This document shows positions 21,156-32,100 of a DNA stretch of 64,000 bases, piece after piece; position 1 is the first letter of the stretch, and the number at the start of each line of letters is the position of its first letter. The notes below the pieces were generated by a model. It was not told the DNA's origin. It searched no databases and saw only the letters and a list, made by a program, of their open reading frames with translations. Location: the NCBI GenBank assembly GCA_051313645.2, contig JBNRSN020000053.1, positions 3,596,001 through 3,660,000 on the forward strand, given 5' to 3'. A program made the position numbers and the translations under genes. The DNA comes from Centroscyllium fabricii. Lineage: Eukaryota.

Positions 21156-21454
21156 GTTGTAAGTTTTTCCGTTTAACTATAAGTATTAATATAAAATTGA
21201 AGCATTGCATAAAATAAGGACACAATTGTATGGCTTTAAAATGGTATCTCTCCATGGCCTCACCCCTCCCGATTGTAATATTTGCATACTGATTTGTGAT
21301 TGGTTGTTAGCCAGCAGGCATTCTACAAGGACAGCTGCTGCTGGAAGATTCCAGAAAGTTTGGGTCCTGCCTGCCTCCATTTTAGTTTCTACCTTGGAAG
21401 TCTGCCACATGGAGATGCAGCGAGCAGAACATCAGACTACACTATTAAGAGTTA

Positions 21455-22180
21455 GGGCGCAAAATTGGCGGCCTAGCGCCGGCCCATTAGCATCGAAAAT
21501 GGGCGCTAATGGTCCGGCGCCAAATTAGCACCAAAATTAGCGCTGGGTGCTAAATTGGCCTTGTGATTAGCGCCGGCGCTAAATGTTAGCGCAGCGCCGC
21601 TTGGCGATCACCAATCATCGTGACAATACGTGTGTAACGCCCGCCCGCCCAGCGGGCTGCGCCCGATATTGGTTTGCGCGCCTTTCCACCGCTCCCCGCG
21701 CTATCAGCGCCAGCTTTTACAAGCGCTGCAGCGGGTTTGAGTGGCCGCTGCAGCGCTGGTAAAAGGGCCACCCTCCCTCTTCGGCCCGAGATCGGCCAGT
21801 TGCTGAGGGAAGGGGGAGGCGTCCCGATCGGCCGATCAGAGTGCGGGGAGGGAGGCCCGCGATCGGCAGCTGATCAGAGTGCGAGGAGGGGGTCGGGAGA
21901 TTGGCAGCTGATCAGAGTGCGAGGAGGGGGGTCGGGAGACCCCGATCGGCCAATTGATCAGAGAGTGGGGAGGAAAAGATGCTACTCTGCTTCCCCTTTA
22001 TGACTTAATTGGCTGCAGAGGTCATGGAGAAGCAAGCAGTTAGTGAGGGAGTGCTGCGCCCGGGAACGGCAATTAGCGGCAAGATATTGGCCACCTGGAA
22101 GCCGTGCAAGACGTGAATTAGCGTCAAAATCTGCAATGATGACGCTAACGCCAATATCGGCCACCTCGGCGCTAATCCAC
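21455..22180. mobile_element. CpG-rich putative non-autonomous DNA transposon (MITE-like) fragment abutting the satellite
   Basis: Begins TTA|GGGCGCAAAATTGG, with many palindromic ggcgctaa/ttagcgcc motifs and short internal tandem repeats. No matching second terminus is visible in the window. Confidence 0.4.
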
Positions 22181-25100
22181 AATGAATGGAACAGTCCCTG
22201 GTCCTCAGTGAATGGAACAGTCCCCGGTCCCCATTGAATGGAACAGTCCCCGGTCCCCATTGAATGGAACAGCCTTCGGTCCCCATTGAATGGAACAGTC
22301 CCCGGTCCCTGTTGAATGGAACAGTCCCCGGTCCCCATTGAATGGAACAGATACCAGTCGTCGTTGCATGGAACAGTCCTCGGTCCCCAATAAATGGAAC
22401 AGTCCACGATCCCCAATCCCCAATGAATGAAACAGTCCCCATCGCCATTGAATGGAACCGTCCCCGGTCCTCGTTGAATGGAACAGTCCTCAATCAGCAA
22501 TGAATGGAACAGTCCCCGGTCCCCATTCAATGGAACAGTCCCCATCCCCATTGAATGGAATAGTCTTTGGTCCTCATTTAATGGAACAGTCCCCGGTCCC
22601 CATTGAATGGAACAGATACCAGTCCTCATTGCATGGAACAGTCCTTGGTCCCCGTTGAATGGATCAGTCCCTGGTCCCCATTGAATGGAACATTCCCCGG
22701 TCTCCATAGAATGGAACAGTCCATGGGACACAATGAATGGAACAGTCCCCAGTCTCTATTGAATGGAACAGTCCCTGGTCCCCATTTAATGGAACAGTCC
22801 TCAGCCCTCGTTGAATGGAACAGTCCTCGGTCCCCGTTGAATGGAACAGTCCCCGGTTCCTGTTGAATGGAACAGTCCCCAGTCCCCGTTGAATGAAACA
22901 GATACCACTCCTCATTGCATGGAACAGTCCTCGGTCCCCGATCAATGGATCAGACCCCGGTTCCCATTAAATGGAACAGTCCCTGGTCCCCATTGAATGG
23001 AACATTCCCCGGTCCCCATGGAATGGAACAGTCCCCGGTCTCCATGGAATGGAACAGTCCATGGGACACAATAAATGGAAACGTCCCCAGTCTCCATTGA
23101 ATGGAACAGTCCCTGGTTCCCATTGAATGGAACAGTCCCCGGTCCCTGTTGAATGGAACAATCCCTGGTCCCTGTTGAATGGAACAGTCCCCGGTCCCCA
23201 TTGAATAGAACAGTCCCCGGTCCTCATTGAATGGAACAGTCGGTCCCCGTTTAATGGAACAGTCCCCGGTTCCTGTTGAATGGAACAGTCCCCGGTCCCC
23301 ATTGAATGGAATAGGCTCTGGTCTCCATGGAGTGGAACAGTCCTCTGTCTCCATGGAATGGAACAGTCGCCATCCCCATGAAATGGAACAGTCCCCGGTA
23401 CCCATACAATGGAACAGTCCCCAATCCCCATTCAATGGAACAGTCCCCGGTCCTTGTCAAGTTGAACAGTCCCTGGTCCCCGTTGAATGGAGCAGTCCCT
23501 GGCCCCAATGAATGGAATAGTCCCCGCTCCCGGTTGAATGGAACAGACCCCGGTCCCCATGGAATGGAACAGTTCCTTGTCCTTGTTGAGGGGAACAGTC
23601 GCTTGTCCCCATTGAATGGAACAGTCCCTGGTCCCCATGGAATGGAACAGTCTCCAGTCCCCATTGAATGGAACTGTCCTCAATCACCACTGAATGGCAC
23701 AGTTCCCAGTTCCCATTGAATGGAACAGTCCCCGGTCCCCAATGAATGGAACAGTCCCCAGTCCTCATAGAATGGAACAGTCCCCGATCCCCAATGAATG
23801 GAACAGTCCCCGGTCCCCATTGAATGGAAAAGTCCCCAGTCCCCATTGAATGGAACAGTCCCCAATCCCCAATGAATGGAACAGTCCCTTGTTCCCAATA
23901 AATGGAACAGTGCCCGATCCCCAATGAATGTAACAGTCCCCAATCCCCATTGAATGGAGCAGTCCCTTGTCCTTGTTGAGTGGAACAGTCCTTTGTCCCC
24001 ATTGAATGAAACAGCCCCTGGTCCCCATAGAATGGAACAGTCTCCAGTCCCCATTGAATAGAACTGTCCTCAATCGCCATTGAATGGAACAGTTCCTAGT
24101 TCCCATTGAATGGAACAGTCCCCGGTCCCCAAAGAATGGGACAGTCCCCGATCCCCAATGAATGAAACAGTCCCCGATCCCCATTGAATGGAACAGTCTC
24201 CAATCCCCAATGAATGGAACAGTCCCTGGTCCCCAATAAATGGAACAGTCCCCGATCCCCAATAAATGGAACAGTCCCCGATCCCCAATCCCCAATGAAT
24301 GTAACAGTCCCCAATCCCCATTGAATGGAACAGTCCCTTGTCCTTGTTGCGTGGAACAGTCCCTTGTCCCCATTGAATGGAACAGTCCCTGGTCCCCATA
24401 GAATGGAACAGTCTCCAGTCCCCATTGAATGGAACTGTCCTCAATCCTCATTGAATGGAACAGTTCCCAGTTCCCATTGAATGGAACAGTCCCTGGTCCC
24501 CGATGAATGGAACAGTCCCCGGTCCCCAAAGAATGGGACAGTCCCCGATCCCCAATGAATGGAACAGTTCCCGGTCCCCATTGAATGGAAAAGTCCCCGG
24601 TCCCCATTGAATGGAACAGTCCCTGGTTCCCAATGAATGGAACAGTCCCCGCTCCCCAATAAATGGAACGGGCCCCGATCCCCAATCCCCAATGAATGTA
24701 ACAGTCCCCAAACCCCATTGAATGGAACAGTCCCCTGTCCTTGTTGAGTGGAACAGTCCCTTGTCTCCATTGAATGGAACATTCGCTGGTCCCCATGGAA
24801 TGGAACAGCCTCGAGTCCCCATTGAATGGAACAGTCCCCAATCCCCATTGAATGGAACAGTCCACGGGCCCATTGAATGGAACAGTCCCCAATCCCCATT
24901 GAATGGAACAGTCCCGGGTCCCCGATGAATGGAACAGTCCCCGGTCCCCAAAGAATGGGACAGTCCCCGATCCCCAATGAATGGAACAGTTCCCGGTCCC
25001 CATTGAATGGAAAAGTCCCCGGTCCCCATTGAATGGAACAGTCCCTGGTTCCCAATGAATGGAACAGTCCCCGCTCCCCAATAAATGGAACGGGCCCCGA

Positions 25101-25341
25101 TCCCCAATCCCCAATGAATGTAACAGTCCCCAATCCCCATTGAATGGAACAGTCCCCTGTCCTTGTTGAGTGGAACACTCTCCTGTCCTTGTTGAGTGGA
25201 ACAGTCCCTTGTCTCCATTGAATGGAACATTCGCTGGTTCCCATGGAATGGAACAGTCTCGAGTCCCCATTTAATGGAACAGTCCCCAATCCCCATTGAA
25301 TGGAACAGTCCACAGGCCCATTGAATGGAACAGTCCCCAAT

Positions 25342-28300
25342 CACTTTCACTTTCACTTTCAAATAGCTTTATTGGCATGAATGGTATCAACCGTTGTTGC
25401 CAAAGCATTACAAAAATGGTACATCAATAACAATACAAACAAAATAAGTATAACATTTAACTGGACTTAGGTTAACATACATAAGAATAATACATTCGTA
25501 GACGTACTACATAGAATAATACATTAGTAGAATTATTGACACCCGTACATTAGTTACGTACACATGTACGTTTATACCCGCATATAGAGCTTGTATGCTC
25601 ATCCTAGCTTCAATGTCAATGTTCACTGGTTGTCCCTCTGCTTATGGCAAGCTGTGACGTAGTTTGCCGCAAGTTTTATACATTCCTTCTGTTCCCCTAG
25701 TAGGTATGGGAGTTTCTGGTGGCCGGTCAAATTTTTGAATTCAGGGCATGCTGTTGCGAATTTTGGGAAGAAATTTCCCCTTATTCCCTGATAGTTTTCG
25801 CAGGTTGTGAGGAAGTGCAGCTCTGTCTCCACCACTCCCTGACTGCAGTGGGAGCACAGCCTTTCCTCTCTGGGCAGCCAAGTCTTTCTGTGTCTGCCTT
25901 TTTCGATGGCTAGGCTGTGCTCGCAAAGTCTGTACATTGTCAGCGTTTTTCTCAGTTTTCTATCTTTCACCATGGACAGGTAGTCCGCCATGGTGTACTG
26001 TCTGTTTAGGGCCAAGTAGCAATCTAGTTTGATTTGGGTTTTTGTCGTTTCTGTCCAGTAGTTCAGGTATTTTTCTTTTTGTTGAGTAATAATTGTGTTG
26101 GGTCGGATTCTGAGTGCTAGGGCGTCACTGTCCAGGGGCTGGTTGTTACCAATAGTGTTAGTGGTTTTTCCGCTAAGTTGGTTGTTAACAGTAGTGTTAT
26201 TAGTAACTTCGCTAAGTCCTAGGACTAGTTGGTTGATGGGACTTCTTTTTATGTTCGCTTCTTGGCATTTCAGGGCTTTGTAGTGGTAACTGTGAGGGTT
26301 GCTCAGTTTTAGGTGTTTCCAGAATTTGATTGCTCTTTTTTGGATTTTAAATAGTAGTGGATATTGGCCTAACTCTGCCCTGCATGCATTGTTTGTGGTT
26401 TTCCTCTGAGTCCGAAGGATACTCTTACAGAACTCAGCATGCAGGGTCTCAATTGGGTGTTTGTCCCATTTTGCAAAATCTTGGTGTGATAGCAGACCCC
26501 ACACCTCGCTGCCATAAAGTGCAATTGGTTCAATTACAGAGTTAAAGATTTTGATCCAAATGCCCGGTGGAATGTCTATTTGGATTGTCTTCTTAATGGC
26601 ATAGAATGCCCTTCTCGCTTTCTCTTTCAGTTCGTTCACGGCCAAGTGAAAATTTCCCGTGGAGCTGATTTTTAACCCTAAGTATGTGTAGTTTGTAGTT
26701 TGTTCAATTAGTGTTGCTCCTAGTGTGTAGTTTGTTTTGGTTCCCTGATGTTTGGTTCTTTGCTGGAATACAAGAACCTTGGATTTTTTGGGGTTTATTT
26801 TCAATGCCCAATTCTGGCAGAATGACTCTAACCGATCGAGGTTCTGTTGTAGACCCTCCTCTGTCGGTGACAGTAGGACTAGATCATCTGCATACAGGAG
26901 GAATTTGACCTCGGAGTCATGTAGGTCGAGGCCCGGTGCTGTAGATTGTTCCAGTGTTTTTGCCAGTTCATTTATATAGATGTTAAAAAGAGTTGGTGAG
27001 ATAGAGGAGCCCTGTGCCACGCCACGTCCCTGTGGGAAGTATTTTGTTTGTTTATCTCCGATTTTAACTGCACATTTGTTTCCTGTGTACATTGATTTAA
27101 TTACGTCATACGTTTTTCCCCCTATCCCTCCTTCGATGAGTTTTAGGAATAGACCATCGTGCCAAATAGAGTCGAAAGCCTTTTGGAAATCTATAAAGCA
27201 GGCAAAAATTTTGCTTTTATTTTGGTGGACGTGTTTGTCTATTAGGGTGTGGAGGGTGAAAATATGGTCAGAGGTTCTATAGTTTGGTAGGAATCCAATT
27301 TGGCTGTTACTCAGGACATTGTGCTCCGTGAGAAAGCTTGTGAGTCTTTTGTTAATGATACTACAGAAAACCTTCCCCAGGTTGCTGCTCACACAGATGC
27401 CTCTGTAATTGTTTGGGTCAAGTTTGTCTCCACTTTTAAATATGGGTGTTATGAGTCCTTTGTTCCAGACTTCAGGGAAGTAACCGGCACTCAGAACCAG
27501 GTTGAAGAGTTGTAGGATAGCCCGTTTCATTTTATCATCTGTGTGTTTTAGCATCTCGTTTAGTATGCCGTCTGCGCCACCTGCTTTTCTTGGTCGCAGG
27601 TCCCTAAGTTTTTCGGCTAGCTCTCTTTCAGTGATTAAGGAGTCTAGGGGGTTTTGGTAATCCTTTATGATCATTTCGAGGTCGTGCAATTTTTTACATA
27701 ATTGTTCTTGCTCTGGGCTTAGTGTGTGTTTCTGGTACAATTGGACAAAATGTTTTTCCCATATTTCACCATTTTGAATGGGCAGTTCGTCTTGTTGCTT
27801 TTTGTGTAGTGCGTTCCAGTTTTCCCAGAAACTATTGGAATCAATAGATTCTTCAATGTCACTAAGTTTTTTCTTAGTATACTGTTCTTTCTTCGTTCTG
27901 AGTGTGTGTTTATATTGTGTTAGTGCCTGACAATAGGCAATGCGAAGTTCCTCATTCGTTGGTTGTCTATGTTTTTGGTTTGATATATTTCTGAGTTTTT
28001 TCCTCATGTTATGACAGTCCGTATCAAACCATTTTTCGTGTTTTCTCGTCTTGGGCTTATTCTGGGAGGGCTTATTCTGGGAAGAGGGTTTCAGGTCTGA
28101 CATTGATGCCAATTTATCAAAAATATTGTTAATGTTGTTCACTGCCAGGTTTACGCCTTCTTTATTGTGGGTGTATGTGTTTTCTAGAAAGGTGCCCAGG
28201 AGCAATTGAATCGATTGACTGCTACTTGTTTTTATGTATCTTTCAGAGCTGTCTTGGGCCCATCTGTATGGTTTTTTGGTTTTGTGCAGCTTGCTGGGCA

Positions 28301-29073
28301 GTGTTTCTGTGAAGGTAGTTTCCGCTCTTTTGAAATACGCAGTAATTTGGCTGTGATCTGACAGAGGTGTTAGCGGTTTGACTGTGAACGCTCTGAGAGA
28401 GGAAGGATCCAGATCCGTAATCATATAGTCTATGGTGCTAGTGCCAAGAAGTGAAGAGTAGGTTGGTTTTCCTAGGGAGTCCCCTCTGAACCTACCGTTG
28501 ACAATGTACAGCCCCAGGCTTCGACAGATCTGCAGGAGCTGTTTTCCGTATGCGTTTGTTTGTTTGTCATAATTATACCTGTGTGAGTGGCAAGGGAGAT
28601 CAAATTGGTTATTCCCAAAAATGTAACTATTCCCCCTAGAGCTGATAACATCAGGTTCTTCGCCCGTTCTTGCATTTAGGTCCCCGCAGATCAACACGTT
28701 TCCCAGGGCCTGGAAATGGTTAATCTCTCTCTCGATAGTGGGGAAGGTGTCCTCTTTGGAGTATGGAGAATCTATAGGGGGGATATAGATTGCGCAGATG
28801 AAAACATCCTGCCTGCTCGAGATTGTGCCTTTCTTCATCTTGAGCCATATATGATTTTCGCCCTTCTTTATTAGTTCAATGCAATGGCTGATCTCTGTTT
28901 TAATCCAAATCAACATGCCTCCGGAGTCTCTGCCCTGGGTTACTCCTGGCAGTTTGTTGGAGGGCACTGACAGCTCTGTGTACCCGGGGGGGCACCCAGT
29001 GGACCCTTCTCCTCTGCACCAGGTTTCCTGCAAAAAAATTATGTCCAGATCTTTGATTTCCTGTAAGAACCTC
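25342..29073 (-). mobile_element. RTE-X-like LINE, slightly 5'-truncated, inserted in the satellite
   Basis: 3' tail (TGAAAG)n after AATAAA, with an uninterrupted EN-RT ORF. No TSD is evident and the clade assignment is tentative. Confidence 0.8.
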
Positions 29074-29123
29074 GAATGGAACAGTCCACTGGCCCATTGA
29101 GTGGAACAATCCCCAATCCCCAT
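25623..29123 (-). CDS. LINE ORF2 (AP endonuclease, RT, C-terminal CCHC); first 17 or so codons are satellite-derived
   Basis: LQETW, GDLNAR, IDY and SDH endonuclease motifs; NYRGI, DFQKAFD, QGS and YADD RT motifs; RAELG and CSHC...ETELHF...C at the C-terminus. Confidence 0.88.
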   Translation of the reverse strand: MGIGDCSTQWASGLFHSRFLQEIKDLDIIFLQETWCRGEGSTGCPPGYTELSVPSNKLPGVTQGRDSGGMLIWIKTEISHCIELIKKGENHIWLKMKKGTISSRQDVFICAIYIPPIDSPYSKEDTFPTIEREINHFQALGNVLICGDLNARTGEEPDVISSRGNSYIFGNNQFDLPCHSHRYNYDKQTNAYGKQLLQICRSLGLYIVNGRFRGDSLGKPTYSSLLGTSTIDYMITDLDPSSLRAFTVKPLTPLSDHSQITAYFKRAETTFTETLPSKLHKTKKPYRWAQDSSERYIKTSSSQSIQLLLGTFLENTYTHNKEGVNLAVNNINNIFDKLASMSDLKPSSQNKPSQNKPKTRKHEKWFDTDCHNMRKKLRNISNQKHRQPTNEELRIAYCQALTQYKHTLRTKKEQYTKKKLSDIEESIDSNSFWENWNALHKKQQDELPIQNGEIWEKHFVQLYQKHTLSPEQEQLCKKLHDLEMIIKDYQNPLDSLITERELAEKLRDLRPRKAGGADGILNEMLKHTDDKMKRAILQLFNLVLSAGYFPEVWNKGLITPIFKSGDKLDPNNYRGICVSSNLGKVFCSIINKRLTSFLTEHNVLSNSQIGFLPNYRTSDHIFTLHTLIDKHVHQNKSKIFACFIDFQKAFDSIWHDGLFLKLIEGGIGGKTYDVIKSMYTGNKCAVKIGDKQTKYFPQGRGVAQGSSISPTLFNIYINELAKTLEQSTAPGLDLHDSEVKFLLYADDLVLLSPTEEGLQQNLDRLESFCQNWALKINPKKSKVLVFQQRTKHQGTKTNYTLGATLIEQTTNYTYLGLKISSTGNFHLAVNELKEKARRAFYAIKKTIQIDIPPGIWIKIFNSVIEPIALYGSEVWGLLSHQDFAKWDKHPIETLHAEFCKSILRTQRKTTNNACRAELGQYPLLFKIQKRAIKFWKHLKLSNPHSYHYKALKCQEANIKRSPINQLVLGLSEVTNNTTVNNQLSGKTTNTIGNNQPLDSDALALRIRPNTIITQQKEKYLNYWTETTKTQIKLDCYLALNRQYTMADYLSMVKDRKLRKTLTMYRLCEHSLAIEKGRHRKTWLPREERLCSHCSQGVVETELHFLTTCENYQGIRGNFFPKFATACPEFKNLTGHQKLPYLLGEQKECIKLAANYVTACHKQRDNQ

Positions 29124-32100
29124 TGAATGGAACTGTCCTCAATCCCCATTGAATGGAACTGTCCTCAATCTCCATTGAATGGAACAGTTCCCAGTCCCCA
29201 TAGAATGGAACAGATCCCAGTCCTCATTGAATGGAACAGTCCCCCATCCCCATTGAATTGAACAGTCCACGGACCCATTGAATGGAAGAGTTCCCAATCC
29301 CCATTGAATGGAACAGTCTCCAGTCCCCATTGAATGAAACAGTCCCCAGTTCCCATACAATGGAACAGTCCCCGGTCCCCGTTGAATGGAACAGTCCCCA
29401 GTCCCCAAAGAATGGGACAGTCCTAGATCCCCAATGAATGGAACAGTCCCCGGTCCCCGTTGAATGGAAAAGTCCCCGGTCCCCATTGAATGGAACAGTC
29501 CCCAATCCCGAATGAATGGAATAGTCCCTGGTCCTCATTGAATGGAACCGTTCCCAGCCCCAATGAATGGAACAGTCCCCAATCCCCAATAAATGGAACA
29601 GTCCCCGATCCCCAATCCCCAGTGAATGGAATAGTCCCCATCCCCATTGAATGGAACCGTCCCTGGACTTCATTGAATGGAACAGTCCCTGGTCCCCATT
29701 GAATGGAACAGTCTTCGGTCCCCATGGAATGGAATAGTCCCCCGTCCTCGTTGAATGGAACAGATCCCAATCATCATTGAATGGAACAGTCCCCGGTCCC
29801 CATGAGTGGAAAAGTCTTTGGTCCCCATTGAATGGAACAGTCTTCAGTCCCCATTGAATGGAACAGTCCCCAGTCCCTGTTGAATGGAACAGTCCCCAGT
29901 CCCCGTTGAATGGAACAGATACCAGTCCTCGTTGGATGGAACAGTCCTCGGTCCCCGTTGAATGGAACATCCCCCGCATTTCCATGGAACGGAACAGTCG
30001 CCGGTCTCCATGGAATGGAACAGTCCGCGGGACACAATAAATGGAAACGTCCCCAGTCTCCATTCAATGGAACTGTCCTCGGTTCCCATTGAATGGAACA
30101 GTCCCCGGTCCTTGTTGAATGGAACAATCGCTGGTCCCTGTTAAATGGAACAGTCCCCGGTCCGCATTGAATGGAACAGTCCCCTGTCCTTGTTGTGTGG
30201 AACAGTCCATTGCCCCATTGAATGGAACAGTCCCTGGTCCCCATGGAATGGAACGGTCTCCAGTCCCCATTGAATGGAACAGTCCCCAGTCCATATACAA
30301 TGGAACAGTCCCCGGTCCCCGTTGAATGGAACAGTCCCCAATCCCCATTCAATGGAACAGTCCCCGGGCCCATTGAATGGAACAGTCCGAAATCCACATT
30401 GAATGGAACGGTCCACGGTTCCCATTGAATGGAACAGTCCCCAATCCCCATTGAATGGAATTGTCCTCAATCCCCATTGAATGGAACAGTCCCTGGTCCC
30501 CAATGAATGGAACAGCCCCCGATCCCCAATATATGGAACAGTCCCCGATCCCCATTGAATGCAACAGTCCCCTGTCCTTGTTGAGTGGAACAGTCCCTTG
30601 TCCCCATTGAATGGAACAGTCCCTGGTCCCCATGGAATGGAACAGTCTCCAGCCCCATTGAATGGAACAGTCCCCAGTCCCCATAGAATGGAATAGATCC
30701 CGGTCCTCATTGAATGGAACAGTCCCCAATCCCCATTCAATGGAACAGTCCACGGGCCCATTGAATGGAACAGTCCCCAATCCACATTGAACGCAACAGT
30801 CCCTGGTCCTCATTGAACGGAACAGTTCCACATTGAATGGAACGGTCCACGGGCCCATTGAATGGAACAGTCCCCAATCCCCATTGAATGGAACTGTCCT
30901 CAATCCCCATTGAATGGAACAGTTCCCAGTTCCCATTGAATGGAACCGTCCCCGGTCCCCAATCAATGGAACAGTCCATAGTCCCCATTGAATGGAAAAG
31001 TCCCCGGTCCCCATTGAATGGAACAGTCCACGGGCCCATTGAATGGAACAGTCCCCAATCTCCATTGAATGGAACTGTGCTCAATCCCCATTGAATGGAA
31101 CAGTCCCCGGTCCCCGTTGAATGGAACAGTCCCCGGTCCCCATTGAATGGAAAAGTCCTTGGTCCCCATTGAATGGAACAGTCCCCAACCCCAATTAATG
31201 GAATAGTCCCTGGTCCTGAATGAATGGAACAGTCCCCAATCCCCAATAAATGGAACAGTCCCCGATCCCCAATCGCCAATTAATGTAACAGTCCACGGGC
31301 CCATTGAATGGAACAGTCCCCAATCCACATTGAATGGAACAGATCCCAGTCCCCATTCAATGGAACAGTGCCCCATCCCCATTGAATGGAACAGTCCACG
31401 GGCCCATTGAATGGAACAGTCCCCAATCCCCATTGAATGGAACAGTCCACGGGCCCATTGAATGGAACAGTCCCCAATCCCCATTGAATGGAACTGTCCT
31501 CAATCCCCATTGATTGGAACAGTTCCCAGTTCCCATTGAATGGAACAGTACCCGGTCCCCAATGAATGGAACAGTCCCCGGTCCCCAAACAATGGAACAG
31601 TCCCCAATCCCCAATGAATGGAACAGTCCCCGGTCTCCATTGAATGGAAAAGTCCTCGGTCCCCATTGAATGGAACAGTCCCCAATCCCCAATGAATGAA
31701 ACAGTCTCTGGTCCTCATTGAACGGAACAGTTCCCAGTCCCCAATGGACGGAACAGTCCCCGATCCCCAATAAATGGAACAGTCCCCGATCCCCAACCCC
31801 CAAAGAATGGAACAGTCCCCATCCCCATTGAATGGAACCGTCCCCTGTCCTCATTGAATGGAACAGTCCCCGGTCCCCATTGAATGGAACAGTCTTCGGT
31901 CCCCATTGAATGGAACAGTCCCCGGTCCCTGTTGAATGGAACAGTCCTCGGTCCCCGTTGAATGGATCAGTCCCTGGTTCCCGTTACATGGAACAGTCCG
32001 TTGTCACCATTGAATGTAACTTTCCCCGGTCCCAATGGAATGGAACAGTCCCCAGTCTCCATTGAATGGAACAGTCCCCGGTCCCCATTGAATGGAACAG

